Of a DNA stretch of 64,000 bases, positions 9,965 to 19,074 are shown piece after piece. The stretch lies in NCBI GenBank assembly GCA_041651235.1, contig JBAZJQ010000001.1:302449-366448 (forward strand). Reading direction: 5' to 3'. Each line of letters starts with the position of its first letter. The stretch's first letter is position 1. Source of the stretch: Candidatus Pacearchaeota archaeon. Lineage in GTDB: Archaea; Nanobdellota; Nanobdellia; Pacearchaeales; GW2011-AR1. The position numbers and the translations under genes were made by a program. The notes under the pieces were generated by a model. The model did not search any database, was not told the DNA's origin, and saw only the letters and a program-made list of their open reading frames with translations.

Positions 9965-10981
9965 ATGGCAATGAGTGTTGAAGAAAAATTTGAATTAATT
10001 AAGAGGAATACGCAAGAAATTGTAAATGAAGAAGAACTAAAAAGATTATTAAAAGATAAAAAAAGTCCAATTGTTTATTGGGGAACTGCAGTAACTGGAA
10101 AACCTTCTTTAGCTTATTTTTTTCCATTATTGAAATTATCGGATTTTATTAAATCGGGATTCAAAGTCAAAGTATTATTAGCAGATTTACATGGAGCAAT
10201 GGATGGAACTCCTTGGGAAAAATTAGAACATAGATATGATTATTACAAAGAAGCAATAACTCAGATTTTTAAGGCATTAGGAACTGATTTAAAACAAATA
10301 GAATTTGTAAGAGGAAGTGAATTTCAATTAAAACCTGAATATAGTTTTGATATTTTGAAATTAGCTAGTATGAATTCTGTTAAAGACTGCAAGAAAGCAA
10401 GTTCAGAAGTAATTAAAAAATCAGAAGATCCAGATGTTGCTGGTTTAATTTATCCAATTATGCAGGCATTAGATGAACAATATTTAGAAGTAGATGTTCA
10501 GTTTGGAGGAGTAGATCAGAGGAAAATATTAATGTTTGCAAGAGAAAATCTTCCTAAAATTGGTTATGATAAAAGAGTAGAAGTTATGAATCCTATGATT
10601 CAAGGGTTAGTTGGAAAGAAAATGAGTTCAAGTGACATAAAATCTAAAATAGATTTAACTGATAGTGAACAAGAGGTGAAATCCAAAATAAATAAAGCAG
10701 AGTTTATAGAAGGAAATTCCGATAATGGGGTTATGGATTTTCTGAAATATGTTTTAATGGTGATTAAAGAAGATAAAAAAGAAAAATTATTAATTAAACG
10801 GCCCGAAAAGTTTGGGGGAAATATTCAATATTCTAAATATTCTGAAATTGAATCAGAGGTTCGATCTAAGAAGCTACATCCTATGGATTTGAAAAATGCG
10901 GTTGCGGAAGAAATTGTTAGTCTATTAAGTAAGGTAGATAAAATTAAATTGAATAAACTAGCTGAAAAAGCTTATAATTAA
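9965..10981 (+). CDS. tyrS: tyrosyl-tRNA synthetase, archaeal type
   Basis: Near-collinear with the Methanocaldococcus TyrRS I remember: EEKFELIKRNTQEIV, YPIMQ, GGVDQRKI, KMSSS, RPEKFGG, LHPMDLKNAVAEE. Confidence 0.93.
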   Translation: MAMSVEEKFELIKRNTQEIVNEEELKRLLKDKKSPIVYWGTAVTGKPSLAYFFPLLKLSDFIKSGFKVKVLLADLHGAMDGTPWEKLEHRYDYYKEAITQIFKALGTDLKQIEFVRGSEFQLKPEYSFDILKLASMNSVKDCKKASSEVIKKSEDPDVAGLIYPIMQALDEQYLEVDVQFGGVDQRKILMFARENLPKIGYDKRVEVMNPMIQGLVGKKMSSSDIKSKIDLTDSEQEVKSKINKAEFIEGNSDNGVMDFLKYVLMVIKEDKKEKLLIKRPEKFGGNIQYSKYSEIESEVRSKKLHPMDLKNAVAEEIVSLLSKVDKIKLNKLAEKAYN

Positions 10982-10988
10982 TATTTTT

Positions 10989-11096
10989 TTAAACTGCAGA
11001 TAAAAGTGCTTTTATTATTATGTATCCTAATATTATCGTTACAGCTATTTTAATCCATTCTAGAACATCATTATTTGTAAATGCTTTTTTATTCAT
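10989..11096 (-). CDS. 35-aa membrane mini-protein (not in ORF track)
   Basis: MNKKAFTNNDVLEWIKIAVTIILGYIIIKALLSAV. Its ATG overlaps the TGA of the upstream 99-aa gene (ATGA). Has a class III-like KKA + hydrophobic N-terminus. Confidence 0.35.
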   Translation of the reverse strand: MNKKAFTNNDVLEWIKIAVTIILGYIIIKALLSAV

Positions 11097-11392
11097 TTTT
11101 TCTTAATATTTTCTAATAATTTAATATCTTTAAGAGTATTTAATAGTTTCTCATTTAATTCTATATTCTGATTAATTTTTTCATTATCTTTTTTCAATTC
11201 TTCAATTTTTTGGGCATTTTCATTTATAGTAGACACATGATTTAAGAAATAAAGTACAAGGAAACCATTAACCACCAATGAAATTCCTATAGGCCAGAGT
11301 TTAGGATCGGTTCTTAATGCAATAATACCCGAATTAGCTAGAATAAAACTTAATAAATAACTAAATAAATTATAAATTGTTGTTTTATCCAT
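11093..11392 (-). CDS. membrane protein with C-terminal coiled coil
   Basis: Two TM segments, then a heptad-like tail (QKIEELKKDNEKINQNIELNEKLLNTLKDIKLLE). Confidence 0.5.
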   Translation of the reverse strand: MDKTTIYNLFSYLLSFILANSGIIALRTDPKLWPIGISLVVNGFLVLYFLNHVSTINENAQKIEELKKDNEKINQNIELNEKLLNTLKDIKLLENIKKK

Positions 11393-11447
11393 AATTTAAT
11401 AAAGAATATTTTATTTATAATTAAATCTATATTAAAAAATATATTTT

Positions 11448-12359
11448 TCACTCTGTGAAAAATTCCACAACATCTTTATCTTTTACAATATGTTTTAATC
11501 CTACTTTTTGATTTGGGAATTTGCAAGAAGGACCAGTTATTTTTGCATATTTAACTTTTTTTGAATATCCATGGAGAATTTTTTCTGCAACATCTTCTAG
11601 AGTTGAATTTGGTTGTAGAATAACCGGGCGATTGTCTTGTTTTTTTCCAGGATGTCTTGTATACACTTTAATAATCTCAAATGAATTGAGAATTTTTTCT
11701 TTTAATTCTTCTATTCCTTCTTTAGTAAATGTAGAAATCATAACAAAATTATATCTTTTCGACCTTAGTGTTTCTTTTATTTTTCTTTTTGTTTCTAAAT
11801 CATATAACTCTATTTTATTGAAAACAATAATTAGGGGTTTATTAATATTTTTTAGTTTATCTAAAATTTCTTTTATTTCATGTATTTTTTCAGCAATTAT
11901 CAATATAGTGTCTGTTGTACTTAAGATCCCTTTATTAAAATTTTCAGATGCAATTGGAGGGGTATCTATTATTTGTATCGGACAACCAAGATAATTTAAG
12001 GTCCCAATTTCGGGTTTTATTGTTGTGAATCCATAGCTTGCTATCTTTGGATCTGCATTGGTTAGCGCTTTTAGAACCGAAGATTTTCCTGAATTAGTTA
12101 GTCCTACTAAAACTGCTTGAAGTTCTTCTTTTTTAATTCCTTTTTTTCCACTTGATTTTTTATTTTTTTTATTTTTAGCAAGTTCCTGCTTTAATTTTTT
12201 ATATCTATTTCTAATATTGGCTCTAAGTGCTTCTGCACTTTTATGTTTGGGCATAGTCCTAATCATCTCTTCTAATGCAGATAATCTTTCTTCATCTGTG
12301 GAAGCTTCATGATATTTTCCTTCTGCATTTGCATATTCAAAATTAGCATTAATTGGCAT
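11448..12359 (-). CDS. DRG/Obg-family GTP-binding protein with C-terminal TGS domain
   Basis: G1 GLTNSGKSS, YGFTT switch, FNKIE (G4-like), TGS-like tail (IKVYTRHPGKK..PVIL..STLEDVAEKILHG..VKYAKITGPS..QKVGLKHIVKDKDVVEF). G3 reads DTPP rather than DxxG. Confidence 0.8.
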   Translation of the reverse strand: MPINANFEYANAEGKYHEASTDEERLSALEEMIRTMPKHKSAEALRANIRNRYKKLKQELAKNKKNKKSSGKKGIKKEELQAVLVGLTNSGKSSVLKALTNADPKIASYGFTTIKPEIGTLNYLGCPIQIIDTPPIASENFNKGILSTTDTILIIAEKIHEIKEILDKLKNINKPLIIVFNKIELYDLETKRKIKETLRSKRYNFVMISTFTKEGIEELKEKILNSFEIIKVYTRHPGKKQDNRPVILQPNSTLEDVAEKILHGYSKKVKYAKITGPSCKFPNQKVGLKHIVKDKDVVEFFTE

Positions 12360-12403
12360 AGGATAACTAATCTAAAAGAATATATAAGTATTACTCATGA
12401 AAG

Positions 12404-12462
12404 TTACCCCGCATATTCGAAGTATTTATATAGTATTTTTAATATATTTTATTGCGGGGTAA
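12404..12462. promoter_or_regulatory. GC-rich 10-bp inverted repeat bracketing an AT-rich 39-nt spacer in a divergent intergenic region
   Basis: TTACCCCGCA (12404-12413) and TGCGGGGTAA (12453-12462) are perfect reverse complements. The spacer contains TATA-like ATTTATATA. Lies between the divergently transcribed GTPase and the 1700-aa gene. Confidence 0.5.
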
Positions 12463-12487
12463 TTATTGTTTAATTGGTTTTGGAAAG

Positions 12488-12620
12488 ATGGTGCATAAAA
12501 AATATATACAAACTTTCTTTAGAAAAGACAAGTTTGAACAAAGAATAACTTTTTCGATAAAAGTTAAATCAAAATCAAATATATTTTTATAATATAAAAA
12601 TGGTGCATAAAAAATATATA
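12488..12620 (+). mobile_element. hairpin element copy A, flanked by a 21-bp duplication of the host start-codon region
   Basis: ATGGTGCATAAAAAATATATA at 12488-12508 and again at 12600-12620. The intervening 91 bp shares its first ~70 nt with copies at 41728, 49180 and 50713. Confidence 0.75.
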
Positions 12621-15600
12621 AAAAGAGACGGAAAGATATTTGGGCCTTATTTATATGAGAATTACAGAGAAAATGGAGTTACTAAAACTAGATATCTTGG
12701 AATAGGCAAGAGCAGAAAATTGCGGGTTAATAAGATATTATTTATTGTTTTAGGGTTATTTTTAGTTGCTTTAATTTTGGGAGGGATTTTTTTACCTAAA
12801 GCTAATTTTTCTTTAGAAAATTTAAAAGGAGAGTTATTTAGCGAACAATTTGATGTTTCTGTGAGTATTGCAAATAATCATGCCCCTGAATTTTTAGATA
12901 TAGATAAAGATATTTTTGTTTGTGAAAATAGGGATTTAAATTATTTTTTTAAAATTACTGATTTTGATGGGGATGAACTAACTTCTTCTCTAAGTGATTT
13001 AGATCCCTTTTATATGGGGGAGTGTAATCGGATGAATAATAATGATTTTGAATGTAATATTGTTTCTTGGGTATTAAATAAAGAAGACCATATTAAACCC
13101 AAACAAATTCCTGGAGAAGGTTGGGCAACTTATCCTGAAGAAATAACTATCAGTGATGGAGATTCTGCTAATTATTTTAACACAAATATAGTTGTTATTG
13201 AAGTTAATAACGCCCCTAATTTAACAAATATTCCTACACAAACTGTTTGGACAAAGGGAGATGATAGTTTTTTTAATTATCAAGTTAAAGTAAATGATAA
13301 AGAAGAAGGAAATGAATTTTTAGGCAAACTTAAATTTAATTTAAGTTTTTTAGATTCTACTAGTTTTTTTAATATTAATTCAACTGGTTTTATGAAATTT
13401 AATGCAACTAATAGGAATGATTTAGTTGGGGTGTATAATTTAAGGGTTTGTGTTAATGACAGTGGATTAACTAACACTATTCATCCAAATATTAGTCTTT
13501 GTTGGAATGAGGGACAAAATGCAGATCCTAAATTTTCTTGTAATGATTTTGGTTTAACAATTACTAATAATAATCGCCCTCCTAATATTACTTCTTATTA
13601 TCCGAATTTAACTTTTAGCACCGATAGTATCAATGAGTTGTATTTTAATATTAGCAAATATGATCCTGATTGGACTATCCCGGATTCTTATTGGTATCTC
13701 GATGGTTCTTTAGCACAATATGTTGAAGGTAGGCAGGGAGATTATGTTGATGAGTTTATATACGCTTTCGGATGTGGAATTTCTGGAGAACATAAATTAA
13801 TGGTAGTTGTTAGTGATGGCCTATTAAATTCTTCAGTTCAATGGAATATTAGTGTTATTAATGTCCCCTGTCCAACTACTCCTTCAGGAGGGGGTGGTGG
13901 CGGAGGCGGTGGAAAATTGGTTTGTAAAGAGAAATGGGTTTGTGGGGACTGGAGCCAGTGTGAGAATTTTGCGTTGTCTTCAAATCAATTAGATTACGAG
14001 ACTAATTTATTAATTAAAGAGAGATGTTCTTTATTTAATTGGGATGCTTCTTTTTGCGGATTTCAAACTAAAAATTGTGTTGACTTAAAACATTGTAAGA
14101 CGAATTTAACTAAGCCTGGAAATTTACAGGAATGCTATTACACTGTAAATCCTAGTTGTAATGATGGAATTAAAAATTGTCATGAGGGAAGCTGCGAGGT
14201 ATTAATTGATTGCGGAGGTCCATGTGATAATTGTCCTAGTTGTAATGATGGAATTAAAAATCAAGGTGAAACTGGAGTTGATTGTGGAGGGCCATGCAAG
14301 GTATGTTTAGAAAAACCAATTGCACCATTTTTATTTAAATCATTTGTAACTTATTCTTTAATTGCTTTTGTTGTTTTAATATTATTTTTAGCTGGAAGCC
14401 AGATTTGGAAATATTTTTCATTTAAAAAACTTGAAAAGAAGAAAAAACAAGAAGCAATTGAATCTAGCCAAATTGTCAATTTATTTTTTATAGTTTTGGT
14501 TGTTGTTGCATTAATTTTAGCTAATAGTTACATTATGGATTTTTCTGGCTCTAAGAATCTTCCTGATTTAAATCAGGGAGTTTTGTATAGCTATGGGTTA
14601 TTAAATTCTGTTTTTTCTAATTTAGGAATTTTTATTAGTGGTCCAATTGTCAGTGGAGATGGATTAACTCAATTAATTATTGGAGATGATACTGATGAAG
14701 AAGAAGGAAAAATAAGATATACTATTTGCAATGACGCTTTTTGTGTGAAAAAAGAAAAACCCTCTTCTAGTGTTTGGACAGTTAATTTTTATGCAATTTT
14801 TGAAAATAATGGTGGTGGAGCAATTAGTGATGGGGCTTGTCAGATAAGATTTGATGGTCCAGAGGGTTATTCTGGATGGAGTGATATGGTTTTTAATACA
14901 GACCGATATGCATTTTCAAGTACATTTGATTATAAAGGAGAATGGGATTTTGAAATACAGTGTTCTAAAGATAGTTCGAGTGTTTCAACAACTGAACCTT
15001 TTGTAATAACCAACACTGTTCCATATATTATTCAAACTGCAGCAGGACACATTGATTTTAATGGAGATGGAGACAGGGATGATTTGCAGTGCAATGAAGA
15101 TGAACTTTGTTATTATGATTTCAGTAAAAATGTTAGCGATGACGATACTAATGATGATTGGGTTTATGGAGTCAATACAATCAATACCACTTTAACTAAG
15201 TATAGTTTAGATGCAGACACTGGAATGCTTATAATTAATATCACTAATTCTATTAATACTGGGAATAATAAACAAATTGAATTAAATGTAAAGGATAGTG
15301 AAAGTACATTAAGATCTGCATTATTATTTGTAGATGTTAAAAATGTAAATGATGCCCCAGTTTTTATTAATTTAGAAAATAAAACATTTAATTCAGGAGA
15401 TTTGTTTGAATATATAATTCAAGTGGGGGATGAGGAAAATAATTATCCATTTAAATTTAATATAGATTACTTAGATTGTTCTGTTGCTGATTGCGATTTG
15501 TTTGATGGGCAATATACTTTTGATGCAAGAAATGGAAAATTAAATATTAGTTTTAGTCCTGTTGAGGCAGATGTTGGAAGTTATCTAATTAACTTTAGTG

Positions 15601-17702
15601 TAATGGATAATAGTTCTTTGGGAAATAAAACAACTAGTCAAGTGGTTAATTTCACAGTGGAAATTCCTATTTGGAGACAAGACATAGAATTAAATTATGG
15701 ATTAACAGAAGATCAATTGTTTTCTTTGGATTTAACTACTTTAGCTCTTAATCCAATAGGAATTAGTTTTTCTAATAAAACCAATGATATGCCTAGCTTT
15801 TCTTTAAATGAAGAGGGAATAATTAGCTTTAGCCCTAAAGATATAGATATAGGATACCATGAAATAGAAATTATTGCAAGCAATTCTGAAGCTAGTTCTT
15901 TAAGAACATTTAATTTCACTGTAACTAATATCAATGATTTACCTGTCTTTGGTTCCTTGCAAATACAAGGAGCAATAATTAGCGGAAAAAATTATTCTGT
16001 TTTTGAAAATACAGACACAAAAGTTTCTTTGTTTGTTAATGATGATGATTTAATTATTCCTGCTTCTCAAAAAGCATTTTATAATGAAGATTTTAATGTT
16101 AGCTTAAAAATTATTGGGCCAAATAGTTCCTTATTTAAGTTTAATTCAGGAGAATTATTTTCTACAAATCAAAAGCTATATTCTGTGAATTTTATTCCGA
16201 GAGCTGCGGATGTTGGACAGTATAATCTAAGTATTAATGTAACGGATAATTCTAATCAGTCTTTTGCTTATGGATTTATTTTAAAGATTTTAGCAAGGCC
16301 CTATGATCCTCCGAATATCACTTTCCCAGATAGTTTAAGAGAATTTAGTTTAATTGAAAATCAGAGTGCAAATTTAATTTTTAAAGCAAACCATACGGTA
16401 GGGGATAATCTGAGATATAAATTTTATATTAATGGAACATTAAAAGATAGTTTGCTTTATTATGGAGATAATACGGATTTAATTTGGAATTGGGCCCCCT
16501 TATTTACAGAGGAGACTTATGACAATAAAACTAATTTAACCCTTATTGTTGAAAATCCTCATTATCCTGAGTTTAATATTAGCAGAACCTGGAATTTAAC
16601 TATTAATCATTCTAATGCCCCCCCTGAATTTATTGATGAAATTCAACCAAGGAGTTTTCCGTATAATCTTGTTTTAGAAGAAAATTTAGGTTATTATTTT
16701 AGAGATATAGACCATGAAGATTTGCATTATAAACAAAATGTTAGTTTCGTAGTTAGTAGTAATTCTAGCCCTAGTGATATTATTATTGGAGAGGTTTCAG
16801 AAAATTGGACAATTACCTTATCTTCTTCTAGACTTGCTCCCTTTAAAGAAACATTAAATATTACTGCTTATGATTTAGATGAAAATGGAAACTATCTAAG
16901 AAATGTCACTAGTAATAATTTTGTTATTGAATTACTTGAACCTGAAAAAGAACCTGTTCCAACTCCAAGTCCTTCTCCGGATAGTGGTGGTGGAGGTGGA
17001 GGAAGCTCTAAAATCATTGCATTAAAGATAATTGTTCCTGGAAAAATTTCTGCTTTTCAAGGAGATAAAATTGATATTCCTATTTCTCTCTTAAATACTG
17101 GTAAAACCAGTTTTAAGGATATTGGTTTGTTTAGTTCTGCATTTAAAGATGGAAATTCATCTAATGAAATAACTACTTCTTTAGATAGAAATTCTTTTAG
17201 TGTTCTAAATCCCGGACAACAAGAAAATTTAACTTTATCCGCTATATTAAATACTGATAAGCTGGGAGATTATGAGATACTTATTAATTTTAGTTCTAAA
17301 AATCCGATTTATTTTGATTGGGGGAAAATTTATATTAATTTACAAAGTATTAATGAGTCTAATGTAGGAGATTTAATTGTGTTTACAGAGGAGCTTATTG
17401 TTGAAAATCCTGCTTGTGTAGAAATAACTGAAATCATAGATGAAGCAAAAGAATTGCTTGATAGAGGGGATTTAATTAATGCGAAAGTTAAAACCGAAGA
17501 AGCAATTGCTGCATGTAAAGAAAGTATTTCTCAGGTAGGCATTCCCAGCAGAAGTAAATCTATGTTTTATGCTTTAAGTATTTATTTGGCTGTAGCAATT
17601 GCAGGAGCTTTTGCAATCGGGATTATTTATTATATTGTCCAAAGAAGAAAAATTAGAAAAAAATATAGGGAGGTGATTGAAGAATCTAAAAACTCTGAAT
17701 AA
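12600..17702 (+). CDS. giant (1700 aa) cadherin-like repeat surface protein
   Basis: N-terminal KYIKRDGKIFGPYLYENYR motif plus TM. Repeated domain ends of the cadherin type (NNHAPEF, VNNAPNL, NNRPPNIT, VNDAPVF, INDLPVF, SNAPPEF). Cys-rich CNDGIKNxxExxxDCGGPC modules, poly-Gly and PT linkers, an internal TM pair and a C-terminal TM with basic tail. Confidence 0.85.
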   Translation: MVHKKYIKRDGKIFGPYLYENYRENGVTKTRYLGIGKSRKLRVNKILFIVLGLFLVALILGGIFLPKANFSLENLKGELFSEQFDVSVSIANNHAPEFLDIDKDIFVCENRDLNYFFKITDFDGDELTSSLSDLDPFYMGECNRMNNNDFECNIVSWVLNKEDHIKPKQIPGEGWATYPEEITISDGDSANYFNTNIVVIEVNNAPNLTNIPTQTVWTKGDDSFFNYQVKVNDKEEGNEFLGKLKFNLSFLDSTSFFNINSTGFMKFNATNRNDLVGVYNLRVCVNDSGLTNTIHPNISLCWNEGQNADPKFSCNDFGLTITNNNRPPNITSYYPNLTFSTDSINELYFNISKYDPDWTIPDSYWYLDGSLAQYVEGRQGDYVDEFIYAFGCGISGEHKLMVVVSDGLLNSSVQWNISVINVPCPTTPSGGGGGGGGGKLVCKEKWVCGDWSQCENFALSSNQLDYETNLLIKERCSLFNWDASFCGFQTKNCVDLKHCKTNLTKPGNLQECYYTVNPSCNDGIKNCHEGSCEVLIDCGGPCDNCPSCNDGIKNQGETGVDCGGPCKVCLEKPIAPFLFKSFVTYSLIAFVVLILFLAGSQIWKYFSFKKLEKKKKQEAIESSQIVNLFFIVLVVVALILANSYIMDFSGSKNLPDLNQGVLYSYGLLNSVFSNLGIFISGPIVSGDGLTQLIIGDDTDEEEGKIRYTICNDAFCVKKEKPSSSVWTVNFYAIFENNGGGAISDGACQIRFDGPEGYSGWSDMVFNTDRYAFSSTFDYKGEWDFEIQCSKDSSSVSTTEPFVITNTVPYIIQTAAGHIDFNGDGDRDDLQCNEDELCYYDFSKNVSDDDTNDDWVYGVNTINTTLTKYSLDADTGMLIINITNSINTGNNKQIELNVKDSESTLRSALLFVDVKNVNDAPVFINLENKTFNSGDLFEYIIQVGDEENNYPFKFNIDYLDCSVADCDLFDGQYTFDARNGKLNISFSPVEADVGSYLINFSVMDNSSLGNKTTSQVVNFTVEIPIWRQDIELNYGLTEDQLFSLDLTTLALNPIGISFSNKTNDMPSFSLNEEGIISFSPKDIDIGYHEIEIIASNSEASSLRTFNFTVTNINDLPVFGSLQIQGAIISGKNYSVFENTDTKVSLFVNDDDLIIPASQKAFYNEDFNVSLKIIGPNSSLFKFNSGELFSTNQKLYSVNFIPRAADVGQYNLSINVTDNSNQSFAYGFILKILARPYDPPNITFPDSLREFSLIENQSANLIFKANHTVGDNLRYKFYINGTLKDSLLYYGDNTDLIWNWAPLFTEETYDNKTNLTLIVENPHYPEFNISRTWNLTINHSNAPPEFIDEIQPRSFPYNLVLEENLGYYFRDIDHEDLHYKQNVSFVVSSNSSPSDIIIGEVSENWTITLSSSRLAPFKETLNITAYDLDENGNYLRNVTSNNFVIELLEPEKEPVPTPSPSPDSGGGGGGSSKIIALKIIVPGKISAFQGDKIDIPISLLNTGKTSFKDIGLFSSAFKDGNSSNEITTSLDRNSFSVLNPGQQENLTLSAILNTDKLGDYEILINFSSKNPIYFDWGKIYINLQSINESNVGDLIVFTEELIVENPACVEITEIIDEAKELLDRGDLINAKVKTEEAIAACKESISQVGIPSRSKSMFYALSIYLAVAIAGAFAIGIIYYIVQRRKIRKKYREVIEESKNSE

Positions 17703-17763
17703 AGAAATCAAAAACTTTAATAAGAGTTTATCCTATTCCCTATTGTAAAAAGAGGAGAATTAA

Positions 17764-19074
17764 ATGGCAAAACCTAAAATTAGAGATACATTTATTGATG
17801 AAGAAGCTAAATTAAAGAAAAAACTAGAAGATTTAGAAAGAAAGTATCGGGGAGAACCTGCAGAAGATAAGTTTGTTCAAGAAATAGAAAGAGATCCGAT
17901 TTCTGAAGTAATTCCTGCAGATACTTCTAATCCGAAAAAGTCAGAAGAAAATTCTAAACCTGAGTTTGAATCTTATGAGGAAGAATATGAGGATGAAGAT
18001 GAGGAGTATCCTGAGGAAGAGAAAAAAGCACCTCTTGAAAATGTTAAATTAATCGAGCCTGTTTCTATTAAAATTAAACCTGTTCAAATTAAACTAAAAG
18101 GAGATCCAAGACCAAGTGAAGCTGAAGTTCAAAGAATTGCAGACGCTATTTATAAAATAAAAAAAGAAATTTCCAAGGTTTTAATTGGACAAGAAGAAAT
18201 TGTAGATGGTTTAATTAGGGGGTTGATTTGTAATGGACATGTTCTTTTAGAGGGAATTCCGGGTATTGCAAAAACTCTTTCTATAAGAGCATTAGGTGCG
18301 GTTAGCGGATGTGATGTCAAGAGAGTTCAGTTTACAGTTGATTTGCTTCCAACAGATATTACCGGAATAACTTCTTATACTCCCCAAAAAGGATTTGAAG
18401 TAATAAAGGGGCCTATTTTTGCTAATTTTTTGATTGCCGATGAAATTAATAGAAGTCCTCCTAAAACTCAATCAGCGCTAATTGAAGGTATGCAAGAAAA
18501 GCAAGTAACCATTGGAAAAGAAAATTTTTCATTACCTAATCCTTTTTTTGTTATGGCAACTGAAAATCCTTTGGAAAATGCAGGAGTTTATCCTCTTCCA
18601 GAAGCTCAAATTGATAGATTTTTGTTTAAATTAATTATGAGTTATCCTAAGGAGGAAGAAGAAAGAGTAATCATGGAGAATAATATGACCTTGCAGAAGT
18701 TTGAAAATTTTAATATTAAGCCAGTTATAAAACCTAAAGATATATTGCATATGCAAGAAATAGTTAAGAAAGTTTATCTAGATAATAGCATTAAAACTTA
18801 TATTCTTGAAATAGTTAAACGAACAAGAAATAAAAAATTTCAAGATTCAGAGTATCTTGCTTATGGGGCTTCCCCAAGAGCAAGTATCGCTTTATTTATC
18901 GCAAGCAAAGCTAAAGCATTAATGGAGGGAAGAAATTATGTTATCCCTGAAGATGTTAAGAAAATTGCCTATGATGTATTAAGGCATAGGCTAATTTTAT
19001 CTTACAAAGCTACTCTTAAAAATATAAATCCTGATGATTTAATTAGAAATATTCTAAATGAAATTAAAGTCTAA
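17764..19074 (+). CDS. MoxR-family AAA+ ATPase with acidic N-terminal extension
   Basis: Walker A LLEGIPGIAKTL, Walker B LIADEINR, MoxR-type ATENPLE..G.YPLPEAQIDRF. GAGGAG upstream. Confidence 0.9.
   Translation: MAKPKIRDTFIDEEAKLKKKLEDLERKYRGEPAEDKFVQEIERDPISEVIPADTSNPKKSEENSKPEFESYEEEYEDEDEEYPEEEKKAPLENVKLIEPVSIKIKPVQIKLKGDPRPSEAEVQRIADAIYKIKKEISKVLIGQEEIVDGLIRGLICNGHVLLEGIPGIAKTLSIRALGAVSGCDVKRVQFTVDLLPTDITGITSYTPQKGFEVIKGPIFANFLIADEINRSPPKTQSALIEGMQEKQVTIGKENFSLPNPFFVMATENPLENAGVYPLPEAQIDRFLFKLIMSYPKEEEERVIMENNMTLQKFENFNIKPVIKPKDILHMQEIVKKVYLDNSIKTYILEIVKRTRNKKFQDSEYLAYGASPRASIALFIASKAKALMEGRNYVIPEDVKKIAYDVLRHRLILSYKATLKNINPDDLIRNILNEIKV

Noticed and set aside
13887-17002. Short GC-rich runs (GGAGGGGGTGGTGGCGGAGGCGGTGGA at 13887-13913; GGTGGTGGAGGTGGAGGA at about 16985-17002) that stand out from the AT-rich background
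   Set aside because: They are in-frame glycine codons forming poly-Gly linkers of the 1700-aa protein, not RNA genes or G-quadruplex regulatory elements in non-coding DNA.
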